From Podarcis filfolensis (Eukaryota), in the NCBI GenBank assembly GCA_964270895.1, contig OZ185437.1: a stretch of DNA of 64,000 bases; one strand, written 5' to 3'. Shown here in pieces: positions 11,401 to 22,900 of the stretch. Made by a program: the position numbers and the translations under genes. The first letter of the stretch is position 1. Each line of letters opens with the position of its first letter. The notes beneath the pieces are model-generated. The model had not been told where the DNA came from, did not search any database, and saw only the letters and a program-made list of their open reading frames with translations.

Positions 11401-14154
11401 TCTGGAGATTTCATTAAAATCTCAACGTTTGATAAGAAATTACATTTTAAATGTAACTACAAGGTATAAGCGTTGCTTTAGATACAGCATAGTTTCAGCC
11501 ACAAAGAACAATGCAATTCAGCCTTAACTCTAAAATTCAACAGAAAATAGTTGGGAGGTACAAATTCTGAGCCTCATCTGCCTTTCTTGTGCAACTACTA
11601 GTTGGACAAGGTGACAGCTGTAATATAATGGTACTCCTAATGTACCAATAAAGATGACTACAGTAATAAGTTTTAGTACAGACATATTTCTAGTTACAAG
11701 GCTTCAAATCTCATAACTATTAATTCTGAGATCCTACGCCAGGCGTCTGAAATGCTTTCTGGAGCTTAAGGTGTAAACTATAGCCCCCCTGCACTGCAGC
11801 TGGCCACTTTAGGAAAACATGGCCTCTATCTCAAATAAGTACTGTACTAACTTTAGCCCAAGAGACAACATGTGAGCACACACTGACAGACATGTAACAC
11901 AGATATACAATTACCCATACCTTTTGCCAAGGCCTCTTTGTATTTTTCTTCAGCAACATTCAGATTATTTACATACGCAGCATGATGTTTACTGTGGTGA
12001 AGTTGCATAATTTCTGCACTTATGTGAGGTTGCAGGGCCCCATAATCATAAGGCAGGTCAGGAAGAGTATGCTTTTGTCTAGATGCCAGACACCCAAGAG
12101 GTGCAATCAGTTTACTGCTATTTCTGGAAGAGAAGGAAACAAAATAAAAAATAAAAAATGTAGGATTCTTATCTTGCTATATTATGTGACCAGCCGAATT
12201 CTTTATAATTTCTTCTTTTAGAATGTTAACTTATCCTCACAGCTATCTTCATCACCACTAGCCCCACTTAACTGAACCGAGGCTGAAAGGGCCTTGAACT
12301 TAAGTATCCCACAAGCAGACATCTCAATCACAATATCCTTGAACGCGCTGGCTCTCAGTTACAACTGCTGTTATCCTAACATAGAGGAAAACAAACAGAA
12401 GCACCAATGGCAAATTGTTGAAATACATTTGGTGGGGTGGAGACTGAAACAGAGAGAAAAGGAGCAAGCAATGGTGTAATGGATTGCCAAACCCTCCCCA
12501 CCCCCCTTTTATTTTTACTGTTTTTGCCAAGTGCATAAAGGCTGAATGTGCACAAGTTAAATGCATGTAAATTCACACTTACTGTACATGCCTGAACTGA
12601 AATCTTTAAAGGGGACACACACACACACATACACACACACACACCCCAGGTGGGCAGTGGATAGCCAAGTAGGAGCAACACTTGCAGAAACATTTCATCA
12701 GTAACACCGCTGTGTTGACAAGAGAATCTGGCTAACTAGGTCACATAGTTCTTCTAGAGAGAACACAAGAATTTCTACTTAACAGCTTACCCCTTCAACA
12801 TAAAGCATCACTGGGATCATATTTAAAACTCACTTCACTTGTTTGTCTTGTGGAGCAACTCTTTTTAACCTCTTCAGTACAGTATCTCAAACTGGAGATA
12901 ACTGCATTGCCCTTTCACCAGATAAGGCTGCGTTTATACATAAATTAGTTACAGAAGAACAAGAGTATGTAAACTCCCCACAAAAAATTGGCAAATTAAG
13001 TTAATGCAATATGCAGAGATTGCCAAATTTAACAGGCAGACTCAGAAATCAGGCAGTAACAAATTTTAAAATGAGTGGGAAATTTTTATTGCATATATGT
13101 CAAAGCATATGTTGATACATCAGCAGGATTCAAAAAAAAACATTGCAATATTATAATAATAGATAAAAACAGATATGAACGGAGGGAAATATGACTAGGA
13201 CATGCATGAATTAACAATAAAATAATGGAACCATGGAGAGGGAAGTCAAGGGATTGTAGAAATCCTACATTTCACTATTGTATTGATTCTATAAACAGTA
13301 TGTAAAATGACACAGTTGATTTTAATTATTATTTTTTCTTAATGATTGCTGTTTTAAGATGTTTGTTATAATAAAAACTAATAAAACATATATATTTTTG
13401 AGAGTATGTAAACTCACCCTGCAAGTTATACAAAACCCTGAATAACAGGGAATCAGCTTCTTGGTCACACAGTCACTCCTAGAGCAGCTACGGGCTCTCA
13501 TTTCACATCCCCAACAGATGGGGGAAACGTTTTAATGTTCTTTAACAAATCTAAATTACAAGCTGCCGCTGACAAACAGAACGGGCTTAAACGATGAGCC
13601 CTTAATGCGAAAGGTGTAAGAGTTCAAACTTACCGGGAAACTCTTTTTCCTAATCCCAGCTATAAAAGACTTCCCTTCCCCAAGAAGTTTATGATCCTTC
13701 TACAGTTCCCCACTCAATGTTAGCTTCACAACAACCCCGTGAGGTAGGCCGAGAGTGTGCAACTTGCCCAAAGCAAGCAGCCCAGTGAGCTCCACGGCTG
13801 GAAAGGGAGCTTTGCCCGAGTCCTCGTGCAATAATATGCCAACCAAGCACCACATTAAGCGCATATTATGGGGCTCCCACTTTTATCCCTTTGGCGGGCG
13901 AACTCCTGCATGAGCCGCAGACTCCTGGCTCTAAATGGGGTCCGCTTCCCCCTCGCTCCCCTGACTCCACGGCGCCAAGTCTCGCCCTTCCCTTGTTCAC
14001 CTCCCTCTTCTGTCCCGCCCGCTGCTCCGCCTCCCCGACAGGGCCCACCACGCTGTGCCCTTGGCCAGAGGCGGCTCAAGGGCTTCCGAGCGACCCCGCC
14101 GCCGGACTCTCACCTGCAGCCGCCCTGGGAAACCAGCCGGCAGAGCAGCATCAT
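5347..14154 (-). CDS. SOD2: Mn superoxide dismutase, mitochondrial; join(14114-14154,11921-12123,7660-7776,5712-5891,5347-5492), 228 aa
   Basis: Spliced product contains [36 protein letters not shown] and DVWEHAYY (Mn ligands); all introns GT-AG with consistent phases; 687 nt total. Confidence 0.97.
5712..5891 (-). CDS. SOD2: SOD2 exon 4 (180 nt)
   Basis: [13 protein letters not shown]...NQDPLQGTT; AG acceptor, G|GTGAG donor. Confidence 0.97.
6778..6905. mobile_element. Degenerate MITE-like element
   Basis: Loosely self-complementary ends (agtttggatgac.../...tacatgcaaact) with internal aaaccat/atggttt. Confidence 0.3.
7249..7470 (-). mobile_element. Penelope-like element terminal (pLTR) fragment
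   Basis: ccagtagcaccttaaagaccaactaagtt.gttcttggtatgagctttcgtgtgcatgcacacttcttcagatac, a motif I recognise from reptile Penelope elements; same family recurs at 17.2 kb and 44.0 kb. Confidence 0.7.
7311..7348 (-). ncRNA. Minimal type I hammerhead ribozyme motif (PLE type)
   Basis: GUAU-CUGAAGA-A-GUGUGCAUGCACAC-GAAA-G-CU-C-AUAC: CUGANGA and GAAA core, stem I GUAU/AUAC, palindromic stems II and III, CUC cleavage triplet. Confidence 0.7.
7660..7776 (-). CDS. SOD2: SOD2 exon 3 (117 nt)
   Basis: [38 protein letters not shown]; TTTGCAG acceptor, GT donor. Confidence 0.97.
8348..8601. mobile_element. hAT (Charlie-like) non-autonomous DNA transposon
   Basis: TIRs CACGGGTAGGCAAACT / AGTTTGCTGACCCCTG; close inverted copy at 63609-63857. 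Confidence 0.8.
10769..10973. mobile_element. Tc1/mariner (pogo/Tigger-like) MITE
   Basis: TA|CAGTGGTAACTC...GAGGTACCACTG|TA; shares internal sequence with 17285-17523. Confidence 0.85.
11921..12123 (-). CDS. SOD2: SOD2 exon 2 (203 nt)
   Basis: [67 protein letters not shown]; CTTCCAG acceptor, G|GTATG donor. Confidence 0.97.
12615..12644. repeat. (AC)n microsatellite, interrupted
   Basis: acacacacacacacat acacacacacacac. Confidence 0.9.
13030..13395 (+). mobile_element. Probable LINE (L1/Tx1-like) 3' end remnant
   Basis: AT-rich 3'UTR-like tract (gggaagtcaa..., tgtttgttatataataaaaactaataaaa) resembling lizard LINE tails; recognition only. Confidence 0.3.
13715..13810. mobile_element. MIR/CORE-SINE remnant
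   Basis: cacaacaaccccgtgaggtagg...acttgcccaa...cccagtgagct. Confidence 0.55.
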
Positions 14155-14620
14155 GGAGACGCCGCTTGGAGCAGGAGCAGCAGGAGAAGCGCCAAAGGAC
14201 ACGGCCGCGCTCTGCGCCCCAGTAGCCCCACTCGCCTCGCCGTCTGGTGGCCTCGTTCCGCGAAACGCCTGCGCGGCCCCTCCTCTCCCGGCTGCTGCTG
14301 CCTGGGGCGGGGAGACGCCTCTCCGCCCGCCAATAATGAAGAAGCGGCGGGCCCAGGCCTTGACGCGGGCGAGGCAAGGGCAACTTGGCCTCGGCGCGCT
14401 ATGAAATAAAGCGGCCTTCGCGACCAGGCTGCGTCTGCTGCGCAGCTCTGGCCTTGGCTCCTAAGGGGGCCGCCGGGAGAGCCTGCCTTCTTCGGAGAGG
14501 CTTGCGAGCGGCGGCGCTGCGGCGGGCCTCTTCCTTTAGGAGTAGCGCGGGAATTTCCATAAAAGCGCCTTTGGATGTTGCGAAACCAAAGCAGAATGCA
14601 TCTCCATGCAAAATTTGAAT
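13860..14620 (-). promoter_or_regulatory. SOD2 CpG island and TATA-less promoter with GC boxes and an NF-kB site (GGGAATTTCC, 14549-14558)
   Basis: Dense CpG and high GC around exon 1; ggggcgggg near 14305; perfect kB decamer. Confidence 0.8.
14114..14154 (-). CDS. SOD2: SOD2 exon 1 coding part (41 nt; start of mitochondrial targeting peptide, [14 protein letters not shown])
   Basis: ATG ATG...TGC AG|GTGAG; phase 2 joins exon 2 in frame. Confidence 0.9.
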
Positions 14621-15180
14621 TCTCTTACTGCACATTTAAAACCAGTACTTGGGCCGTAGAGAGGTGGTCTGCTCACGATTGACATGTTTCCACAGTCTCT
14701 TGTCAAATAGCTGACAAGAGCTGACTCGGTTAATGTCAGAAACCAAGGAGGTGGTATTTCCATCCCCATTTCGTCTCTGTACTGGAACTCTTGCTTGCCC
14801 CATAGTGGCCTCCAGGGCTGCTTCTCCCTAAGGACACCCCCCCCCCTTTAGGGGCTCCTACTCCATGCACAGCACCCAGCGGCTAATAATATCGCTTAGA
14901 AGAATACAAACTACATAAGTACACTCCATGAAAAACACCTCTTAACACTTGTTGCAGTCAATTCTTCATCGCTGGCTGACAGAAAGTGCAATTGTTTACC
15001 TTTTCTAACTTATTAATGGCTGGTTTTTTAAATCCAGAATTTGAACTAAATGTACTAATGCAGAATGACAAACGGGATTACTGATCTATTTTAAATAGTA
15101 GGCAGGTGTCCCAACTACAAGATATAGACTGAGAGAGGGTCCCTTATCCTCCAGAAAAAGGACTGGTGGGAACATCCATA

Positions 15181-15291
15181 CATGGACCTAGCCAAGGGCA
15201 GCAGGGAGGGGCAGCTGCCTCATCAATAAAAATCAATAAAATATATAGCTGAGGCTCTGCCCCCCTAACAAAAATCCTGGCTACACCCATG
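15181..15291. mobile_element. hAT MITE (111 bp)
   Basis: TIRs CATGGACCTAGCC / GGCTACACCCATG; perfect 8-bp TSD CATCCATA; related truncated copy starts at 46590. Confidence 0.88.
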
Positions 15292-15599
15292 CATCCATAT
15301 AGAACTTACAACCTCAAGATTTTAGGGGAGGGGGGAATCCTAGTGAGTCACTCTAGAGTTCTTTGGGAAATACTATCCAAGGAAAAGAGAATAACCTCCA
15401 GAAAAATAATTTGGAGGAACCCAATTTATTTCACCCTGATACTGTAGAGCTTTTACACTGACCTCTGGGGAGAAAGATAGCAAAAGACCACACACTTTGG
15501 AATTAATGAGTGCTAAAATCTACTTGATAGCCCATGCACTGACAGGGCAAAACAAGGCAGATTGTAGAACATAATAGCTGAAGAGCCACAGGGGAAAAT

Positions 15600-16570
15600 G
15601 CATGTGCCAGACAGAAGCCTTCTACAGGTATGCCAATATGAGAAGCCAAGATGGTGGAGTTGAGAGTATAGAATGGTAAATTAGAACATAGTGTGCAATG
15701 TGCATAACAGAAACAGGAAGGATAGGAGACGAACCAGTGGGATACGGTTATCTGAATACAAATTTAGCAAAGAAGAGCATACTGAATGGTGTCACTGTAT
15801 GTTAAGGTGGCCATAGGGTCACAACAAATTATAAATCTCAGACAAGGCAGACTCCCCTCACAAAATCACTTTAGGTGAGAATATCAAGTATTATTGCCAT
15901 CCTGACCAAATTGTCTTGGGTGATTATGGTGGAGAGAGTGTAAAATCAAGCAGGCACCCAACGTTGGCAGTGTGCTAATGGGCAACAACTCTCACATAAA
16001 TCTAGTATGTTCTGGTCACAACGAGGTAGATTCTAGATACCCTAAGGACTGTGACCTAGAACAGTTGGTCATGGAACCAAACAGGTGAAGTGACTCTGGA
16101 CTTAAAGTGTCACCCAAGACCTGGTGCAAGGTATGTTCTTAAATCATTTGGAAACTGAACAGTGCTCTCAATTTCTACGTATGAAAATGGACAACTGCCA
16201 AGAAAGTCCAATGCAATCCCATTTGATTTCAAGAGGAAACTTTCCACAAAGATTGGTAAAAAGGAAGTTGAAAGTCACAAGAAGGTCAAATCTCTCCAGG
16301 CAGCTTGGGAGCTGTTCAAAAGCACACTAAGCCTAGCTGGTATAGAACAGATCAGGAAAGGCACCACCAAGGCCAAGAGGATGTCAGCATGGTTAACCAA
16401 GTCAAGAAGCTTTTAGAAGTTGCTCAGTTGCTCAACTAAGAACACAGAGCTTTGATAAAGAAATGGAAGCAGACAATGGGGGATGCAGAAGAGAGATATG
16501 AGCGGCACCTCCCTTTAAAGACTTAAGTCCAACAATAAGCATTTTTTAAAATATACCAGAAGCTAGGCAG
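15600..16570 (+). mobile_element. Degenerate CR1 LINE ORF2 fragment (endonuclease plus linker)
   Basis: Broken-frame remnants resemble NMRSQDG..ITET..NQWDT, VLMG..HIN..SGHNE..EQLVMEP and AWELFKST..RKGTTKAKRM.AWLT. Confidence 0.7.
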
Positions 16571-17164
16571 GCAATGGGACTGTGACTTATCAGGACTGGG
16601 GGGGCGCGGTTTCCCTACTGGCAGACCCTCTTTAATAGTTTCTCAGAAAGGAATCTGGATAGGCCAACAGGCCAATCCTACCTTGGGGGGGGGAGAAACT
16701 AGGCTGTCTAGATACCTTTTTATACTAATGAAGTTGTCAATGTATTTAGAACGGGGTGGGGTAAGTAAAAGATTGGGCAACAAATCACACTTCAAAATTA
16801 TTTCAAACAGTCAAAACTACATTAGCTAGTTAGGTTGTACTTGCTTGAGGAGGCTTTGATTTCAAGAGCACGTGCAGAGTGCCTTGCAGGGAAGAGACTT
16901 TGAGAAAGGGCAAAGCTTTACATTGCATCTGGCTGGATGGCTCCACGGAGACAAATGAACTGAGGGGATTCTTCACATATTTATAGCCAGAAAAGCCAAC
17001 CCCCTTCCTTAGAATATATGGTGAGCAACTGGAGAAAGAATATCCATTTCTGATCATGCAAGTGATCCTAAGTAGTCAGTCAGATTCATACTGAAGAGGC
17101 TGGTTCCACCTTAATGATTCTGGACTTCTATTACAAAAGAACTAGTTTAGAGGAAATATATATA

Positions 17165-17575
17165 AAAAATGTCCAGTAGCACCTTAAGACCAACTAAGTT
17201 TGTTCTTGGTATAAGCTTTCGTCTGCATGCAGACGAAAGAAGTGTGCAGATCTGAAGAAGTGTGCATGCACACGAAAGCTTATACAGTGGTATCTCTGGA
17301 TACAAACGGGATCCGTTCCGGAGCCCCGTTCGCATCCTGAAGCAAACGCAACTCGCGTCTGCATGCGTCGCAATTTGCCGGTTCCGTGCACGATGTCATT
17401 TTGACCGTCTGCGCATGCGCGAGCGACAAAACCCGGAAGTAATGCGTTCCGTTACTTCCGGGTCACCTCGAGCGCAACCCAAAAATGTTCAACCTGAAGC
17501 AACTTCAACCCGAGATATGACTGTACCAAGAACAAACTTAGTTGGTCTCTAAGGTGCTACTGAACAATTTTTTTA
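17165..17575. mobile_element. Palindromic (fold-back) Penelope-like element with hammerhead motif, interrupted by a MITE
   Basis: Left arm gtccagtagcacctt..gttcttggtataagctttcg is inverted to right arm cgaaagcttata[MITE]ccaagaac..gtgctactgaac; CTGAAGAAGTGTGCATGCACACGAAAGCTT at 17252-17281. Confidence 0.75.
17285..17523. mobile_element. Tc1/mariner (pogo/Tigger-like) MITE nested in the Penelope element
   Basis: TA|CAGTGGTATCTC...GAGATATGACTG|TA; removing it and one TA restores gcttataccaagaac. Confidence 0.88.
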
Positions 17576-18740
17576 GTTTATAGGAGTTAGCCTACTACTA
17601 AAATAATACAAAAGATTTAAACTTGAGACGAAATTCAAGATACTGCTTCCTCAAAGGTTCTGAATGCCAGGCACTCTAGGGGTTACTGTTGGTAGTTACC
17701 AAATTGACTGAAATAACCATTGCCAAGTATCAGTGACTGTATACAAATCTACTGTGCAACCACACTTTGAATACTGCGTACTTTTCATCACTCCATTTCA
17801 AAAAGCTTACTGTAGGGTTGTAAAATATGCATTAATTGGCAAATGAAATAAGAGGATTGAAGCAACATAGGAAGGAAAGTTTCATTTGGAACTTTTTAGC
17901 TTAGCAAAAAGGCCATGGGGTGGGTGGAATTAACATGTATAGAGATAATAAATGGTGTGCACTAAGTGGATAGGCTGTTTTCTTTTTCATAATATCAGAA
18001 CCCAGTGTCATCCACTGAAGGTGGATTTTGGAAGGGTTTAAGTTAAATGCTTCTGCAACACATAAATCATGAACGAGGTCTGGAAAAGCCATATGTAATT
18101 GCATGCCAATGTATGGAAGTTTGCACTAGGGTTTCAGAGTTTTTGCTTTGGTACTGTGTCACATTGAAGCATAAAGGAGTTTGACATGTAGATGTAAGGC
18201 ACCTTGGAAACAAAATCCTACCTCTCCCAATCATTTTCACAAAGCATTGCAAAAATTGTACTATGACAGTGTTTGACATATCCATTCTAGTTAAATGCAC
18301 TTAAAGAGGATGGTTGATGTTTAAACCAGCAATTCAGAATTCCAATTCTCCCACAGAAAATGTGTGCTTAGATGTCCTCTTTATCCCATGATAAGCACAT
18401 CTATGGATTTCCACTATGGAAAATTTTCAGTCACTTCATTTAAGCACATTCCTGAGGCAACTATATACTTCATGTCCACAGCAAAATGTACCACTTGCAT
18501 TTTTTTAAAAAAAGCTTCAGTGGCAAGAGCTGTACATTCACTATGAGAAAGGGGCCACATACTGTATACTGATAAGAGCACCATAAAGCTTAAATGACTT
18601 TCAAGTACATGCTTTTATCTATTACAATGAAGACTGCATATTATAATGAAGGGTTCTATATAAACTGGAGTAAAGAAAAGCCCAACAAGTCTGCACAAGA
18701 CAAACACAGAAGGACTAAATAAATTACATTATTAAAAATC

Positions 18741-18746
18741 TTTATT
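18741..18746 (-). terminator. Candidate AATAAA poly(A) signal of full-length WTAP
   Basis: tttatt on + strand about 580 nt past the stop codon. Confidence 0.55.
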
Positions 18747-19327
18747 TAGGTTTGGTCAGTACAGTTAAGATAATATTGGAGTCACAGAGCAATATGCATT
18801 AACAGGATACAACAGTTCTTAAACCGAGTAACTATGCACACAAAATTCTTAAACATTCGGTCACCTAAAGAGAACGCACAGATGCATGGTGGCAAAACTG
18901 GAACACAGACTACTACAGGACTCCTTCACCAAGTTCATTTTAGTTATAAAACTACTGTACTGGGCAAACTTGGCAGTCATTACCTCACAACTATTATGAC
19001 AATTTGAGTGTTATAACAGTATGAGTAAAGAATGCCCTTACGCAGCACAAGTTCTAGATATACACAGATTTGTACAGACATCATTGTGTTATACCTGGAA
19101 ATAAAATTCGTTTCAACTTCACATTAACTCAAAAATATCTTGAGCCTACACAAACATCCTTTTAGCAACATTCAATGTAATTGTTAAAATTTCAGAAGTG
19201 GCAGAGGTATCGAAGCAAAAAACCCACAAAGGCAGAATTGTGACATATATGCACTAATCTGAACAGTTCTGGACAGTTTCTTCTCCCAATTTAAACGACA
19301 CTATATAAAAATGTTGCAGAAAAAAGG

Positions 19328-19917
19328 TTACAAAACTGAACCCTGTACATTGACATTTGAGTCCAAACCATTCTGAACATGACGAGACCCCGCAGTTCTG
19401 TTACCTTTCACACTGACCGTTTTCTCCTCTTGAGAATCGTGATTGGAGTCTGTGTCATTTGAATGGTGAGTTAGAGAATTCTCACTACCAGTGGGAGAGT
19501 CTACACTTTCGTACCCAGTACTGAGTTGATTTATATAGCTACCAGATCCTCTGCCAGTTCTATCTTCAGAGTGGTTGGAAAGCTTATTACCATTGCTTGG
19601 TGAGGGTGGAAAGTCATCCTCTGTTCCACTGCCCTCTCTATAAAAACCAGGCCCAGCTGTCCTCTGATGAGACGAGCTGCCATTGCTTGGTCCATTTGCC
19701 ATACGACTGCAGTCTTTGCTCATGGCTTCTCCCTGGTCTGCAGTTTCTGAAGTTGGAGTCCGGCTGCTACCTGGGGCTGAGGTTTGTGACTGCTGCTGCT
19801 GCTGCTGATACTGAACCAACTGCTGGCGAGTCTCCTTCAATTGTTGCTGTAGGACTAGAATGGTACTCTGCATACCTTCTACTTCCTCATCAAGTTGGAT
19901 GATGAAATCATTCAGTT
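19328..19917 (-). CDS. WTAP: WTAP exon 8 coding part (590 nt)
   Basis: ELNDFIIQLDEEVEGMQSTILVLQQQL...NVQGSVL*. Confidence 0.97.
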
Positions 19918-22900
19918 CTACATGAAGAAAAACACATTTGGAGCATACACTTAAAATAGCTCATTTATGTATCCTAAAACTGTCTCAAGCCACCTCAACT
20001 TAGTTAATAACATATTCATATGTTGATGGCTTTGTGTACATATTTTTCCTAATCTACATAGCCAATACAGAGCTCCAAAAAAATAGCTTCCACATCCCAT
20101 GGTAGGACAGCACAACCCAATGGGTAGCACACACTCATGGGCATATACAAAGAAAAAGAACTAGAGAAAAATACAGAGCAGAAGACATTTCATAGAATGT
20201 TTGTTTTAATCTCAATATGCCTACCAAAATGATTATAAACGAAGCAGCAAGTTCCTTCAAATCCAAATGCAAAGAATTTTGCACCAGGGCCCAAATGCAT
20301 TATCAGGCAAAGATTCTTCAAGGGGAAAAAACTGTTACAGCTATTGATTTGTTAAGATATCTGCAAAAGCTCCAAGGTTCAGGGATGGCAGTCCCAACCT
20401 GCATGGTTACATGCGTCTTCCTTATAACTTCTGGGCATTTTGCCTTAAAACATTTATTCTTAGCATACATCACCACATTTATACGTATTAATTTGCATGA
20501 TCTTCTATGCTATCTTTGGAAGTGGGGAAAACTGGGGTTCCATGGCAAATAATGTTCTGTTTTTGCACCAGTAATGTTTCTGTACCATGATCCCTCATAT
20601 AATAACCTATGTAGTATATAATCACTAACTGTACATTTAAAAAACTTCACTCAGGGTGTTCATACCATAGCTGTCAACTTTTCCCTTTTTTAAAAGGCAA
20701 TTCCTTTATTCCGAATAGGATTCCTCGCAAGAAAAGGGAAAAGTTGACAGCTATGGTATTAACACTGTGAGTGAAGTTTTTTAAATGTACAGTTAGTGAC
20801 ATATTTGGCAATATAAATAAATGTAATATCAACATTCTCTTTGGAAGTTTGCTGTTCATCACCAGCCTGATAGAATGATACTAACAAGTATGCCAACACA
20901 GGCAAACATTAGCAATAACAACTTCATTCCACAAACATACAATCATGATTTTTTTGGTATTTTCTACTATTAGAAAATTTCACTACCCAGTCAAGTGCAA
21001 ATTAATTTCTCTAGTGCCTACAATCCTACAACTTGCCCCCAAAACTATTTCCAATGAAGGGTTAAATCCGTGTAATCCCTACAGCAAAAGTTTCCGCTAG
21101 TTGTGATACAAAGTGCTAGCATTATACCAAAGCACCCCCATGTCTCTAACTCAATACATCTATCTACAACTGAAGGTAAAATTCATAACAATAAATGAAA
21201 TACTAATTTTAACTTTGTATGAACTTCTTCTGGAAGTGTGCTGGTCAGAACTGGGCCAAAGCAAAATTTACAAAGCAAACTGTGATCCTAATAACTACTT
21301 TAGGTACCCATGTGCCTGTCTGCCACCCAAAGGGGCTTGGGTTGCTTTACTATGAAAAGCAGACCACCATGTTTTATCACATAATGCTGTTATACTTTCC
21401 ACAATTTCAAATTAGTCTTCTGCTGTGCAGCAAAGAAGGCTTCTGTTTTAGAATAAAGTCCACAGCACCCTTGGAGGGCAAAGTATCAAACACACACATA
21501 TGCAAGTAGTCACACATGACTATTTCCTAGTGGAATTCCTTCATATTCTAGTCAATCTGTTATTTCACATGTCACACTACATTTACCTTCATGAAAAACT
21601 AGCTTTATGTTTAGTTTTTTGTGCTTCCATGGAATTTGATTAAATGAGCTTGAAATTATCCCTTTATTCATAATGTTTAAACATGCTCTACAGTGGAAAC
21701 ATAATACCCACATCATAACATTAACTGGTGAAGCCTACAGATAAAAGGCACTTTTTCTATTTTCTTTATAAAAAAACCCTTACCATCCTGACTGCTTTTA
21801 AGCTCCTCACTATATTTCTTCTGTAAAGCCAACTCTGCCTCAAGTTGTGCAATACGTCCTTGGGACAGCTGCCTTCCAAGCTCTTGATTCTCCTGGATAA
21901 GCATTCGACACTTCGCCATTAACTTTTTGCCTGTTTGGCTGTAAAGGAAAGAGCCATCTATCACAAAATGAAAACAATATTCTCTCATCTCCCTTTTTAA
22001 AAGTAGTTACTGAAGTGGTATTCCTGTACGTGTCACGCTACAGTATCTTACTGCCAGTTGTCATTGTACAAAGTCTCCCTATAGATACCAGAGGCTGATC
22101 CATCATCGTCTGCTGATCTTCTGGCCCTGTTCCGAGAAACTGAAAGGCAAGTTCTACAGTTGATCAAATGACTTTTGTTGTTCTTATACTCCAACTACAG
22201 CATGAAGCAATTTTCAAAAGAAAATGAACTTAGTTGTGCCTCTAAGGAAGGGGAGGTGGGAGAAGCAAAGCAGTGTTGGACATAATGGGTTGCATCCAAC
22301 TAAGTCCTAATCAGAGTAGACCCACTGAAATTAAAGGGTTTAAGTTAATCATGGCCATTAATTTCAATGGGTCTACTTTGAGCAGGACTAGAACTGGCTA
22401 GAACCCAGTATAGTCAATGATCTGGCTTGCAAGCAATGAACAATCTCTTTTTACCAATATACTGGAGGCTCTAGTCATGACTATATGCAAAATTGCAGTA
22501 ACATTATGTTGCATAATAATACTTTGTGAACTTGCCATACCAAGAATGCAAATGAGCAGAATAGAATCCAAAACCTTAGGAAAAAATGACATAACCGCAG
22601 AGTACCAATGGGGGGGGGGAATGGGGGGGGAGGTTTTCACCAGATTTAGTCATGCTTAGAGATCCAGTAAAATCAATGGGACTTAATAATACCGAACCTG
22701 TCCCATTTAAATGGGCTTGGATCCAATCCAAAGGACTGAGATATGATTCAGAAGGGGCTCATCAAGAAATTTATTTTAATCCTCTTTCAGTGTTGTGCTA
22801 GGTATGCTGCTCCTGTGCTGAGCAATGCAACACATTGCAATGCAGTCTTACCATTTCTGGTAAGTCATCATAGTGTGCAGGCTACTCTGCCAGAGCAGCG

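Noticed and set aside
13855-14635. Several 60-178 aa ORFs
   Set aside because: Stop-poor GC-rich CpG island; only SOD2 exon 1 is supported by splice sites and homology.
22608-22632. G-run G-quadruplex in WTAP pre-mRNA
   Set aside because: The G-rich strand is antisense to WTAP and has essentially two homopolymer runs of uncertain length.
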